Shown here piece after piece: positions 48,701-52,904 of a stretch of DNA of 64,000 bases. Under the pieces are notes generated by a model. That model saw nothing but the letters and a program-made list of their open reading frames with translations. It did no database searches and was not told the origin of the DNA. A program made the position numbers and the translations under genes. Numbering within the stretch: the stretch's first letter is position 1; each line of letters opens with the position of its first letter. The DNA is from Alphaproteobacteria bacterium (lineage in GTDB: Bacteria; Pseudomonadota; Alphaproteobacteria; Rs-D84). Where the stretch lies: the NCBI GenBank assembly GCA_017427405.1, contig JAFRSV010000011.1, positions 8,703 through 72,702 on the forward strand, given 5' to 3'.

Positions 48701-49876
48701 GGCGTGGGAACATTCGATGGTGGTTATGCCGCCCGTGGTACGGAATACACATATCATACGGACGGCGCAACGGTACTTGCCGCGGATTGGACCGAATGTG
48801 CGACCGATGAAATATCATTGAACAATACCTGTCGCCAATGCGGTTGTGCAACCGGTACGGGTGCGGCATCATGCGGAACACTGTCAACCGATGATGATAC
48901 ATGCACATGGGGGCCGGTAAGTTGCCAAACCGGTTATGTGACCCCGGTATTGGATTGTTCAAATGATACCACAAATTGCACCGCATCTTGCACCGCATGT
49001 GGTACCACACAGGTCGAAGTTAATGGCACTTGTACAGATTGCGAATGCAGTAAGGGCAATAATGGTGCTGGTGTCATTTCGGGATGTGTATTTGCATCGA
49101 ACAATGGCAATACCTGCAACTGGAATCCGACGACGTGCAAACTTGGGTATGGTAATCCGAATCTGACCTGTGATGATTCTGGGTACAACAATAATTGCAC
49201 CGCATCGTGCACGATATGTGATGCGGGATACTATGGTCCGGATGGTCTTGAATGTATACAATGTCCGGACGGTTATACATCCTTGGCCGGCGCAACATCA
49301 ATAAGGGAATGCTTTATTGATCCGAACAGTTGCGGGCCGGATGAACACATCGAACACGGCGAATGTGTAAACAATACGCGTGCATGTTCCATCCCGAATG
49401 CAACCAGTGCGGCCCGCATTTGGAATCCTGCAATCGGAACATACGGCCCATGCACGGTTGTGGAATGCGATACAGCCAACGGATATCACGAATCCGGCAA
49501 CGCATGTGTCCGGGATACTTGCGTCGTTGCACACGGCAGTGCCGAAAGCGAATATAGCGGTGGCCAATGGGAATGCTTTGTGACAAAGTGTGATCCGGGT
49601 TATGAACCAAGTTCGGATTATAAGTCCTGTGTTGAATGTGCAAATCGTTATGTTGATGGCGATATCGCGGTCAGCAGTTATGTATCTGAATGCGAAATCG
49701 CCGCATGTATGTACCAAGGTCAAAAGTACACATTAGAAGGAAACGAATGTGTTCCGATTTGTACCGCGGATAGGTTTACCCGTGAAGATCCGAGCAATCC
49801 AACTGGTACAATACAATGGGATGAACGTACCAAGAAATGTATCCGAACCTGTAAGCCGGGATATAAAATGTGGTAA
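27743..49876 (+). CDS. Giant (7377-aa) secreted or surface Cys-rich repeat protein: Listeria-Bacteroides (InlB B-repeat/Flg_new)-like units plus ephrin-receptor-like (GCC2/GCC3) Cys motifs
   Basis: Uninterrupted 22,134-nt ORF. Signal peptide MKKFAKILGFLGFFVTLATAQIGTAWA. Recurrent (V/I)TF..NGG ... GY(T/A)F.GW(Y/S) ... LYA(Q/K/H)W units, for example 35750-35960 and 43864-43982. C..CP.G(T/Y)Y......C.PCP.G(F/Y)TS.AGATS..C motifs at 45677, 47465 and 49208. Confidence 0.85.
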   Translation: MKKFAKILGFLGFFVTLATAQIGTAWADGAYCGYGYDGYYGLGRDEDDCAKCMEDFPNYPNSTGMYNFSGDLCYSACSGTCTDRNAYFQSGGTYGVPAGSLFFVYGFGSRTQNSLLNISGLTCGNIGDYCAEIFDCGKSTCSANWKTINFVDHNNTTLGTLYIVYNKIWSTQQTTECDNCTGDGRNYAVFYPVFQTPTAPSREGYTFLGYSNQQTGDNITMPAQSHHGETLYYVSLNYNNATTVSGISGNTITLYARYSHDGCEANYWYNSQTEECVPCADGFTSPGGYLGQESCTTECHVNCTEAHDPSNDCVLPAVGHYSHITFSGTEYEIGIPSQGIEAEKCYDENNNEITNPSNNSAYWCPWSCDGCEPAGCYDLVGGECVAKKFIATYKCDGQSSYTFQDPTSGKPTYNEVYDLFDVTASGGPGACNPQSNSGQSFAGWVLDIDSNQTLRTYPDSFEWKWCKDGNFNAAWTDSCYEVSFDDDTNGGHPSGYPNLTPGTHTSFYKKYNDTAWYSDSKCSDKIEIGSGVNQVNVIGHLPGKEHATFTGYYDETQNPDLKIFAGDNDTLQGVLTNDGASWTITGNTVLYAQYTCVEGYAPNASGDCVDDQIDVKYTCVSPVDGEPDTYTFNDDATYGAAYPVKPVGTGNYNVPCAFTGYELDNDYVWKLQDYSGNPNNPNGEYGPGADAGNTLLSTDWQYITTTPLTEIEFILNKNLWNLKTYTVEYRCGSIKPDADVYTDSSATYGQTYNIAGQFDPVGGSNVTVQDFLDNNCKPDGGFGAWTFQNWTFTCHGANTGPYVTNDPSFGTWIYDHDDCYFTANWAQTDFEIILDSNISDGYISSGNNGPSLDSDPDKLYTRWREGVYIRLPRNNANMMTSNANNIENPKKYYALTINGGTAGGTTNGTFSWNGVDNLTSTIETVQLTFTGFYDADTTNNPRPYIGTDGHITSEGNDKGISYDGTGATPYTWYAHWTNNSGSITLPTPDDITGYDFGGWICVDGENNEIYNTTANPNQSLTVTISENITCTAQWVVACRTVTFNENGGTPNAQYGTYDTRSKVVGNPIWYTNSTCGGGILVPNVSNNIPTRGEHEHFVGYNTASDGTGDEIFDEDGVLVDSNWTITQNATLYAQYACDEPYHINPQTGECEVCPSGTFYNPTNPNPSSNLCDSCDTYIHDHAREWDEAWALDYTWSSNPPYTWSVDQCYRECRGEDSNEVDTCDIFQLTSTDINNRMEQFLPDGLINTGGDTGKQISFFGNQRVNINTCNPQSGIKYCPVGLLGDAAIATVKPIAASVDFHIDPDNSPEETKSVYIVGGRNPSMANGLVLQTGYAWSQVRGPGQNSPEVNHVVDGQPITFNYIHIIYPAEAPQAVSPACSTFTGYGFPQNHPEVSTFGRNLTTANASDIINYAQTANSAEMSPIVNDTNSRNLYAQYDTGAQYNYSYNCNCSGDGCGGSAPSGGTICAGADFTPATNTCTKGNCTFLGWSTNPGATVPETLPTTWTYTSNQVFYAIWGNCSAPTANIEYYSGNTLFGQVPLTVTPTNSTIYGTLQLPTVPAIDQNMPATYNCDGATFNIPQQVQYVINNNTYSGVPVFIDPETSQPIGEVVKWCTDPDLETGCYLPYELNPANCNDVKLYAQWKCAQGYMLQDNRCVRCQDDYIWNSTTQQCEPATTGCPNGFPHTKTGYNWGTDQCYRICGSQSGDTRTDCRMTTDIPSGHGFEQFLTGTQAEKQISFYGNEHDGIYTCQESTGAAYCPLGLLNGVNIYSAHKPMSASVKFNGTEDQNIERYIIGNRNSQANNISLGDGFAWSHVVGRGQQGSVIEGANTYRYTFITYPTDTAPTAVSREHYTFLGYGYPEDDPEITPILANLALTTGSSGNAASIISYANSHTGDSNMSPVINEHRNLYAQYTADDTYTLTYSCGDGGGQAPAQQSGIYAGQPNIPISTPTGCNSYATNLLSKWKVTGTDNSTSYDDVSASTQNITWNYPESVTFTAIWGGANERNIDYRRIPETDANNITNAGNKLIMPESGMPESFTCGDGTTQINITGHPQLYNMHGEVVGELVGDVTDWCDTENSETHELSGCSETQSFSNNSCSDKVFYAKWQCADGYHLNATGDDCITCGAGYYWNNGDCAPCESGWTSRPPYNWTINQCYKLCDGRNGTAAKTCSDSLTPTLSTLPYFANKFLDQGDDPYQITFYGNDNAGIDVCTMDEVAYCPAVLSALVANTLPVNKTKASTITFKKQDLAGNAGTRYLVGFLDINGDYVPQNGKFWSHIAGQGQQITEGFDTYTKIIYPTNIAPAPSDTINDPLFTGYYDAQSGGNQRVDETLGLSSSNAVAFAQSPLSANQVGSRTLYPQYCENGETWNGSTCTSQSWNNVKYVCGNHGTEASGYSMENTATYNEQYKVAYQTSNFNQMIAFCDADTGYVFTNWKLNNTNGSVAPYSGNTGAIITWDFTTFNPANTPIFTAQYECDTDYIANGDVNNGGTCEPVSDVCNAQLPNNANAHIIGWSMPDGTCIYTIQCNACINSDPANYSCYVHENSASNNGQFTVTGNGTDVLANAICAPADFCVTLDDNGGSGGIGTLCETYNVGWHKYGSDSIISTLNQSDLPQWANNSQVFAGYWTLASGGSMEIGSDGNIIPDPVVLTDNNQTWHAHWGDGTGYTVTFKCNGDTEWTDTQTVYPPQNIDVPQTSCSRTGYTFTNWQDTTNNVVISATNTTFLWTGEFNSVLTPDWTANTYDVKYVCNGESQTFQNGATYGVNYDVKNRSDLSIGCTPPAGKVFDKWGLSNNGSTVIETYAEGAPIHPWNYTISAPTFTAQWTDGCYKVTFNNILFGGQDPAGAAVTFYKKGTNWYAWNDSSCSYPQTPNISSLPTKTNAEFSGYDTDNTTPDEVQFVFVRSGSNAVLTTYGQQWTIDDDTTLYAKYVCIDGYTLNGTTCVLDSSNFHTITLDENAGEFYGVASNPNVLYTIEGITQAYTDEDHNNPFDRLNENGFPRKYAKVTFHFCDGDDNSCDLPSTQNVIKNAYFTFGGFYVQHPDESDRYISADGFITTLGGNVAAGLASDTTWYAVWNDYGTVAHSDWQSNPTPPSGYAFVGWYTAANCGGTQVTSSYQFTTPDTDLYACWSQNVFTVTYDCGTGNGGTQSDTQSHPTTGSAYTVLPNGTTNGGVVTCNLDGQGFAGWKFSQDTGVNPYNAGDTIIWQVGYSNETLTAQYRRCETNEVLVNGVCYPECEDKTCTIPNSQYDNGCPDHDPQYPNDGSMHCTYSDPAIVQGYYIDNEHTTCLYANGANQGSPINEGYCPETPVCNPGYTWSTNPWGCIPDPNATYTIQFICEQNGTPITTPQTVHYGDSITVPSNSVCTNNPGYSYSQWEATQYNNPATLPAQGTTYQYTWNQTHGETFIADWNNQGDIFKMTLNPSGGNPGSDFIGTLWERYNDGFYRNNDDGILSDLVEMFNANQLPTFEANNFNGYKTSEGYDRVIFNSITGKWEPVAAAISSNETWYAQWNPCGDYQYYDNGCHECEQEYHENMHPSVHTDCYKSCNTCSDPVTCPAMGQPGVTGCNYDHNSNNYNGYIFWQPTPNNICLDVNRDPIMCDYEVNCADGYYQSSDHKSCIGNDYQITLDSQHGDICGGSFAGNNSNPTILYTQYGINGNIWLNSTHSGTPMYHDGIYERLYANPTKSASVTFNGNGGTVIGQTFQTATFEFGGFYQVQNGAGAQYINNTTSGTFGGQLQEAGLNAARTIIGVQTWYAKWTGGSITLPSVQRDGYPFLGWYKGTYVGAERVGDAGDQYTPSCANETLYAQWSSTPNSYNISYHDDNAQTPLHFNVNANSHCSPTYYQYGTGAQISCSLAQFATNNPNWHVVFKGWCTNANGTGCSVTSPYFVIGPTEIGDKDYYALWDCVDGYHVDDTTHTCKPNTINLNYVTQYGSAPTQPSSCTYGESFNLPGALTYSGQQFQYWQTNGATGYNQHNGGAEIQCTPQYLGGTGGHNSTATITAVWQSWNTLCPAHLQTSPNPHATLLSNPAPYVNGNNKCVYTIKCSSCVGSNYYDCYTNGDSANNSGIFTYEGNINDSHALDGVVCDPATYTAVYKCGDGTPNIEYLDNEHIITYDGTYYVLNNVIPCQSTNAQFNGWTFNGNPSYGVYTGGTQISPWRYRGITPVFTAHYGQCGAGEVLVDGECETECRVSCTYPGAPNASPMNQPCPSGNTYPEGTTCNYDINSNPSQAGFAPETDPDACLTISRPHTQIQANPCEVSVVNCPTYYTWNPGTGQCEGKTFLVRLDLNDGEPGSSNVSQIFEQYGYGWSKTESDFDPYLYLDPETELPHWRDETKIFNGFWTSSTGGALRIQGSGFVSENGVNPLSPITLTSNGQTWHAHWRDNDGPFTVTFKCDENSAPINGYNQTNVTYNSYINVPPKSECATDGSTFTQWRGRNHGVVITAGNYPTQYRWAYHHGEEFIPDTMDVYHVELRPGDNAMNGSITELWEVYGYNWYKNSDLTNVVTSLSGSELPTRTGYSFAGYENENGEERGRFNGSAWLSPSATTINTNEIWTAQWSVCAAGYYYNQETGGCNLCPDGYDQNPHAIGQNQCYFSCSEDCNWNDQIAASCSIPHATSYEPDMIAYPGKHYWGYSYCSLERWAQPHPQGSIPNCDCIPTACEPGYVLVGRICVEDSHWKIVLNSNSLNGESSYPSVLYTWHNRGVYLTDEYTDQYLMEYNRHPLYRKPTNYATVEFNLNGAGATLEWGGRVYNYPATMNQSVDFRFRGFYDTATGMSQYINNQGEGYITPEGNSEGKRAEYDQTWYAHWQAQAMAQLPVPSRPGYRFDGWYDLLGNQLTEGTLIDGNKIVYARWIDDIVTVTLNSSSCNPSNIPLGQLYQKYNVGWSKSQNGEFMPNLTLEPEDLPTPTNQDYIFLGYYDTQNGRNQVVTSNGTVIARPEYEENKTWYARCNINNGPFTVTFRCDENSVPVQPYTVDYGDRIVAPTVDESHCQNEGQTFTRWKAIRHPAITIQAGNSYYWEHRFDEDFTPDWTANNYNVKYVCNGVTVATDSATYGATYTVFNHNSLSGCTVPAGKEFGGWGFSNDGITPYLGEYSDGDQFPWNYTVPKPTFTAIWSNCGIGEYWDGEKCYPCPEGFQNNPNAIGIEQCYGNCYWTCRPEGCPRPPLPEGMSSCTYEHEGEEQPGIMFNNGLNQCLPQGETSVPLCNKNIICEEGYDLFGDECVARSTYTIILDSRIMVNGVTQGNSARPAILFTRWHTGVYKNSLMRPEDKMTPTNNPLNDNTPSKFVRVTLDGNGAIFAWNGTEGQQIVQNIPLDFDGFYDVSETDPVIGRDRYITTYGDAVGQAATAEQTWHAIWGEGNVRVPVISRDGYTFDGWYTERDGGTLVSRGGDVSVSPDYNVTWYAHWSIDQDYVTYDCDDGDGGTGGTGQDTEHPVHYNGSYTVLQNMIVNGGVVDCHKDADVSAGRRYHVFENWTLNLNNRNYQPGYLFNPWTFTVDNPTFNANYKECPNGWYFDGSCKQCPYGYPYSNTDATLPQHCYKNDCELPCAQVCPPREAQEPGVLGCTYTTVNYTGTEYYEGSCNAAVQNCSWRVWCNEGAGYVSDANGEHCVRQDQYEITLDPNGGTVGQEKLYTIHNTGVYLDSDRTRQMSAYNNYLTNLPQKSAVATFDCNPECSAPVSPVSVELAFNGYYERQSGGEKYINKFMDNGVAKGVITSDGNTAGKGYTTNATWFAQWSEASIGNSRWPANPTRPATSCGVTYGFVDWYTMANGGTPVSYNTPVSEDVTWYAHWCESCPTGAIANGSCSAPSCKATFTCNAGYYWNADDCSCVLSPDTRFTLTYKPNGGTPTQPRTQSLAYGETFTTLGGDTFTKSGEVLCRWDEENHASSNTFPEAVAELSTEYTYLNEENITLLARWAQCQCTQGAAGVQGCSFSVVNNACVPTVTCMPGYIPNGTPTCTGECNATCDTSNSCRQCTAGTYQDGNECKPCPSGFTSNAGATSCYGNTITIDWDENGGNPIDNGSCQYCINDNSQPAWAQCNSADNNLTLANAPSHSNSAMQFLRWKLANGDIGLAGASVMCDFTHVGVYSGTSTAIQAQWNECKCNYPLNPHVAWCQAWFADGECKYMNGCDAGYESDPLTVYTPVAVCNPKNYNITYNCGVGATGTPLISADTATYDDTYIVKNAGGVNCQKVGFNFVGWLFDGDNYLHQADDRITWTYTSNKTFTAQYSQCAAGEVWVDGACKPCTCSQDNWSSGVASCTASPSSISTCSAVVTCDTGYNNPQGNCNGATCSAQCDQIQSNAIYECGIGATGPAPATETMNYGATHTVKGQASCAKSGYTFNGWNFTGTNENYNPGATVQWNYETNQTFTGNWCENCVQPDHGECSLNAGVAGMCSYNCNCNSGYTLVGGVCTAYPVCEPDDSLTITYRPNGGMNNGVLGQPVIQNVTYGAGFITKPGTIFTKKNSIITAWDHVEGGDYPELNRWYVYNTDIDTILNAHWEQCTCATGNGVSSCTTSSTSENACACAGECAARYINGGCSCNGTSTCTQTCTECPAGYISNADQTECVICPENTYQSGNTCEPCPTGYTSPAGSTSIDACYDNPIPYTVHYSSNNGLDQTETQPVTYGATFTTLGGTTFTYDNHIMTRWNKISGGDYTELSHPYEYGVQEDTFLKAQWAQCTCATGNGVSSCTTNSTSENACACTGECAAGYVKGECSCSGNTCTQSCTKCADNQVEINGVCVDCSCSADGNGVVSGCGFVSNENNVCNWGTTTCDTGYNNPGDLVCTDLVHNNNCTATCTLGGSNAVYKCGTGIGAGYSTYVNYGATHTILTNAFVGCYRDNSTFAGWAFNGDNTIYFDNVGATVAWNYTTDKEFEAKWCSNCPVVEHGTNLLTIPEPGYCRCDLTCDTGYHVENGACEPNVYPNENGITYKPNGGTPNQNYTQSVTYDAPFTTLDWSVEHYTKAHHILTRWAVESGGVGTFDGGYAARGTEYTYHTDGATVLAADWTECATDEISLNNTCRQCGCATGTGAASCGTLSTDDDTCTWGPVSCQTGYVTPVLDCSNDTTNCTASCTACGTTQVEVNGTCTDCECSKGNNGAGVISGCVFASNNGNTCNWNPTTCKLGYGNPNLTCDDSGYNNNCTASCTICDAGYYGPDGLECIQCPDGYTSLAGATSIRECFIDPNSCGPDEHIEHGECVNNTRACSIPNATSAARIWNPAIGTYGPCTVVECDTANGYHESGNACVRDTCVVAHGSAESEYSGGQWECFVTKCDPGYEPSSDYKSCVECANRYVDGDIAVSSYVSECEIAACMYQGQKYTLEGNECVPICTADRFTREDPSNPTGTIQWDERTKKCIRTCKPGYKMW

Positions 49877-49888
49877 GGATTGTAATGC

Positions 49889-50731
49889 ATGAGTGGGGGG
49901 AGAATTCAGTTAAAAAAATCAAACCAAACGCCCAAGAATGATATTTTTGGGCGTCTTGGTGATTTTTTTGTTCGCATAATTCAATCCATTTATAACAATT
50001 GCAAATTTGTGTGTCGTGTCTTTCGCGCAATGTATTATGTATCGCGTGGGCATGGTGACATGCGGCGCGTTGATTTGTGGGTTGAAATTGATGCCGCGGG
50101 TTTGCGCGCGATTCCGATTGTATGTTTGATAAGTTTTATGATTGGTTTAATCATCGCGTTTGTTGGACATATGCAATTGGAAATGTTCGGTGCAGAAATT
50201 TATGTCGCGGCATTGGTTGCAATTTCCATGGTGCGCATTGTCGGTGCAATTATGACAGGAATAATTATGGCCGGCCGCACGGGTGCATCATATGCCGCGG
50301 AAATTGGTTCAATGCATGCGAACGATGAAATTGATGCACTTAAAACCATGGGAATTTCGCCGATGGAATTTTTGGTTTTGCCACGTGTAATCGCATTAAC
50401 CATAACTATGCCATTACTAACCATAATCGCGGATGCGGTCGCCATATTGGGTGGCATGTGTGTTGCGATATCAATTATGAATGTTTCAATTGCGGAATAT
50501 TGGCAAACGACACTTGATTGGATAAATTTCAAGAATTTTGCGGTCGGCGTATTCCATGGTTGGATTTTTGGTTGGGTGATTGCGATAACAGGTTGCATTT
50601 GCGGTCTGCGTGCCGAAAGGAACGCGGTCGGAATAGGGCGGGCGACAACGCGTGCGGTGGTTATGGCGATTGTTGGGTGCGTTGTTGCAACGGCGATACT
50701 AACACTTGTTTTTAATTGGTTGGGAATATAA
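49889..50731 (+). CDS. mlaE: MlaE-family ABC transporter permease
   Basis: 280 aa collinear with MlaE/Ttg2B permeases (...GARTGASYAAEIGSM..NDEIDAL.TMG...). The start is 12 nt after the giant-gene stop, with AAGGA overlapping that stop. Confidence 0.8.
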   Translation: MSGGRIQLKKSNQTPKNDIFGRLGDFFVRIIQSIYNNCKFVCRVFRAMYYVSRGHGDMRRVDLWVEIDAAGLRAIPIVCLISFMIGLIIAFVGHMQLEMFGAEIYVAALVAISMVRIVGAIMTGIIMAGRTGASYAAEIGSMHANDEIDALKTMGISPMEFLVLPRVIALTITMPLLTIIADAVAILGGMCVAISIMNVSIAEYWQTTLDWINFKNFAVGVFHGWIFGWVIAITGCICGLRAERNAVGIGRATTRAVVMAIVGCVVATAILTLVFNWLGI

Positions 50732-51495
50732 TGCGAAAAAGTGAAAGAAATTTTATTAGTGTCGAAAATCTAACGCTGGGGTACGGCGGAAATGTCGTTG
50801 TAGAAAATTTGAATTTTGATATAAACGCGGGCGACATTTTTGTAATTATGGGATTGTCGGGCTGTGGCAAAAGCACAATTATGCGTTCGATTGTTGGGTT
50901 AAATAAACCAATGTCGGGTCGTGTGATTGTGGGCGACCAAGATTTATGGGCAATGTCGGAACGTGCGCGCGAAAAAATAATTGAAACGTTTGGTGTGTCG
51001 TATCAAAGTGGTGCATTGTTTTCATCGATGACCTTTGGTGAAAATGTTGCATTGCCAATGGAAATGAAAACAAATATGTCGCGTAAAGAGATAAATAAAG
51101 AAGTTCACAAAAAACTTCAACTTGTGGGGCTTGGTGATTACGAAAATGTTTATCCCGCAGACGCAAGTGGCGGCATGATAAAGCGTGCGGCACTTGCACG
51201 TGCACTTGCGCTAAATCCGCGCGCACTCTTTTTCGATGAACCGTCGGCGGGGCTTGATCCGGTGCGTTCGCGGCAATTGGATGATTTAATTTTGCAAATA
51301 AATAAAAAACTTGGCACGACAATTATAATGGTGACGCATGAATTGGCATCGATTATGTCAATTGCGACAAATTCTGTTTATATTGGAAATAAAACCGTGC
51401 TTGCCACCGGGGCACCGAAAAAGATTCTACAAACAACAAAAAATCAAGAAATTATTGAATTTTTAACACGTACATGCAAAGGGGACAAAAAATGA
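50731..51495 (+). CDS. mlaF: MlaF-like ABC transporter ATP-binding protein
   Basis: Walker A GLSGCGKST, signature ASGGMIKR, Walker B LFFDEPSAGLD. The ATG overlaps the mlaE stop (TAATG). Confidence 0.8.
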   Translation: MRKSERNFISVENLTLGYGGNVVVENLNFDINAGDIFVIMGLSGCGKSTIMRSIVGLNKPMSGRVIVGDQDLWAMSERAREKIIETFGVSYQSGALFSSMTFGENVALPMEMKTNMSRKEINKEVHKKLQLVGLGDYENVYPADASGGMIKRAALARALALNPRALFFDEPSAGLDPVRSRQLDDLILQINKKLGTTIIMVTHELASIMSIATNSVYIGNKTVLATGAPKKILQTTKNQEIIEFLTRTCKGDKK

Positions 51496-52268
51496 AACAA
51501 CCATCGCGGCGCGCAATCGGCGGTTTTGTGTTACTGGTTATTTTAATTATTATCGGGACGGTTCTGTTCTTTTTCGGACGACGATTTGACCGTAATTATA
51601 TAACGCCGGTTTTATTCTTTGAAGGTTCGGTCAAGGGACTATCGGTTGGTTCAAATGTTTATTTTCGTGGCGTGCCGGTTGGACGTGTGGAAAAAATACA
51701 ACTTATCCCGAATAACGAAGATAAAATTATTATCCCAGTTTATGTTCGCATTGATCCGCGTATGACGGCGCATGGCGAAATGTCGCGTTCGGAAATGGCG
51801 GGTTGGATAAACGATTTGATACGGCACGGATTAAAGGGCAAATTGCAAACGCAAAATGTTTTAACGGGTCAAATGACAATCGAACTTGATTTTTATCCGA
51901 AATATCCCCCGCGTTTCCAGGCAGAAAAATACGGAATCGATGACATTGAAATTCCAACGATACCGTCAATGTTGGACGAAATTTCACAAAACCTTGAAAA
52001 AATTCCGTTGTCAGATATATCAACAAACGTGAACGGCGTCTTGCAACAGTTGCACGATGATATGCCGGCACTGATGCGCCAATCGACCGAAGCGGTGGTT
52101 AGCATAAATCGCCTTGCGGATTCGATTGCGGGGCCGGGCACGACAACGATGTCGGACTTTAACAAAATGATTCGCGACGTTAGCGAGGCCGCACGTGCGG
52201 TGTCCCGGCTTAGCGATTATTTGGAACGCCACCCAGAGGCATTATTAAAAGGAAAAGGAGGATATTAA
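51492..52268 (+). CDS. MCE-domain protein (MlaD/PqiB-like)
   Basis: N-terminal TM segment, then an MCE fold signature (FEGSVKGLSVGSNVYFRGVPVGRVEKI). The ATG overlaps the mlaF stop (ATGA). Confidence 0.75.
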   Translation: MKQPSRRAIGGFVLLVILIIIGTVLFFFGRRFDRNYITPVLFFEGSVKGLSVGSNVYFRGVPVGRVEKIQLIPNNEDKIIIPVYVRIDPRMTAHGEMSRSEMAGWINDLIRHGLKGKLQTQNVLTGQMTIELDFYPKYPPRFQAEKYGIDDIEIPTIPSMLDEISQNLEKIPLSDISTNVNGVLQQLHDDMPALMRQSTEAVVSINRLADSIAGPGTTTMSDFNKMIRDVSEAARAVSRLSDYLERHPEALLKGKGGY

Positions 52269-52269
52269 A

Positions 52270-52875
52270 ATGAAAAAATATATTTGTTTGATTGTTGCAA
52301 CATTTGCGATTTCTGCCTGCACACTTTGGCGGACCAGTGAACCCGCGCGGTTTTACACATTTACCACGCCCGAAGTATCGCAAATTCGTGGGCCCGCACA
52401 TGTGACAACCGTTGCGATTGAAAATGTCACCGTGCCCCAGGCAATCAACCGTCCGCAAATTGTTATGAAATACAAAAATTCGAACATGATGATGGTGTCT
52501 GAATTTGATCGATGGATTGACGAACCCGCGAATTCGTTGCCGGTCGTGATTTCTGAAAATATGAATATGTATGCGAAAAACATTAGCGCGCGACCAACAA
52601 AAAATTTAGTTGAGGCGCGCAATGCAAAATACATTTTGGCGGTGGACTTTGTCCGGTTTGAAACAGAAATCAATGGCAAAATCACGATATCGGCATGGTG
52701 GACATTAACTAACAATCGTGGTGACATAGTCGCACAAAAGAAAATGACACAAACCGCGGACACGCCGGAATTGGACGCAAGTTATCCGAACTATGACGCA
52801 ATCGTCGCCACGCAGAGTAAATTGCTTGCGCGTCTGTCCTATAAAATCGCCGACGTGATAAGTGAATTGAAGTAA
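52270..52875 (+). CDS. ABC-transport auxiliary lipoprotein (DUF330/PqiC-like)
   Basis: Lipobox FAISAC. ...FDRWIDEP.NSL... is typical of PqiC/YmbA-like lipoproteins. The start is 1 nt after the MCE stop. Confidence 0.65.
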   Translation: MKKYICLIVATFAISACTLWRTSEPARFYTFTTPEVSQIRGPAHVTTVAIENVTVPQAINRPQIVMKYKNSNMMMVSEFDRWIDEPANSLPVVISENMNMYAKNISARPTKNLVEARNAKYILAVDFVRFETEINGKITISAWWTLTNNRGDIVAQKKMTQTADTPELDASYPNYDAIVATQSKLLARLSYKIADVISELK

Positions 52876-52881
52876 AAAAAA

Positions 52882-52904
52882 ATTCCCCAAACGGGGAATC
52901 TTTT
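52882..52904. terminator. Bidirectional terminator between the mla-like operon and rne
   Basis: ATTCCCC-AAAC-GGGGAAT flanked by an A9 run and a T-run. Confidence 0.65.

Noticed and set aside
27792-49723. More than 100 short ORFs (60-250 aa) in the other five frames across the giant gene
   Set aside because: All are nested in, or antisense to, a 22-kb uninterrupted ORF that has clear protein repeat structure. Their peptides are low-complexity with no motifs. They are by-products of the codon-biased repetitive sequence.
49300-49876. Autotransporter, T1SS, sortase or OMP-anchor signal at the C-terminus of the giant protein
   Set aside because: The last ~190 aa are still Cys-rich globular-type sequence (C...C spacing). 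There are no amphipathic beta-strand run, no GGxGxD repeats, no LPXTG and no hydrophobic anchor, so no secretion-type call could be supported.
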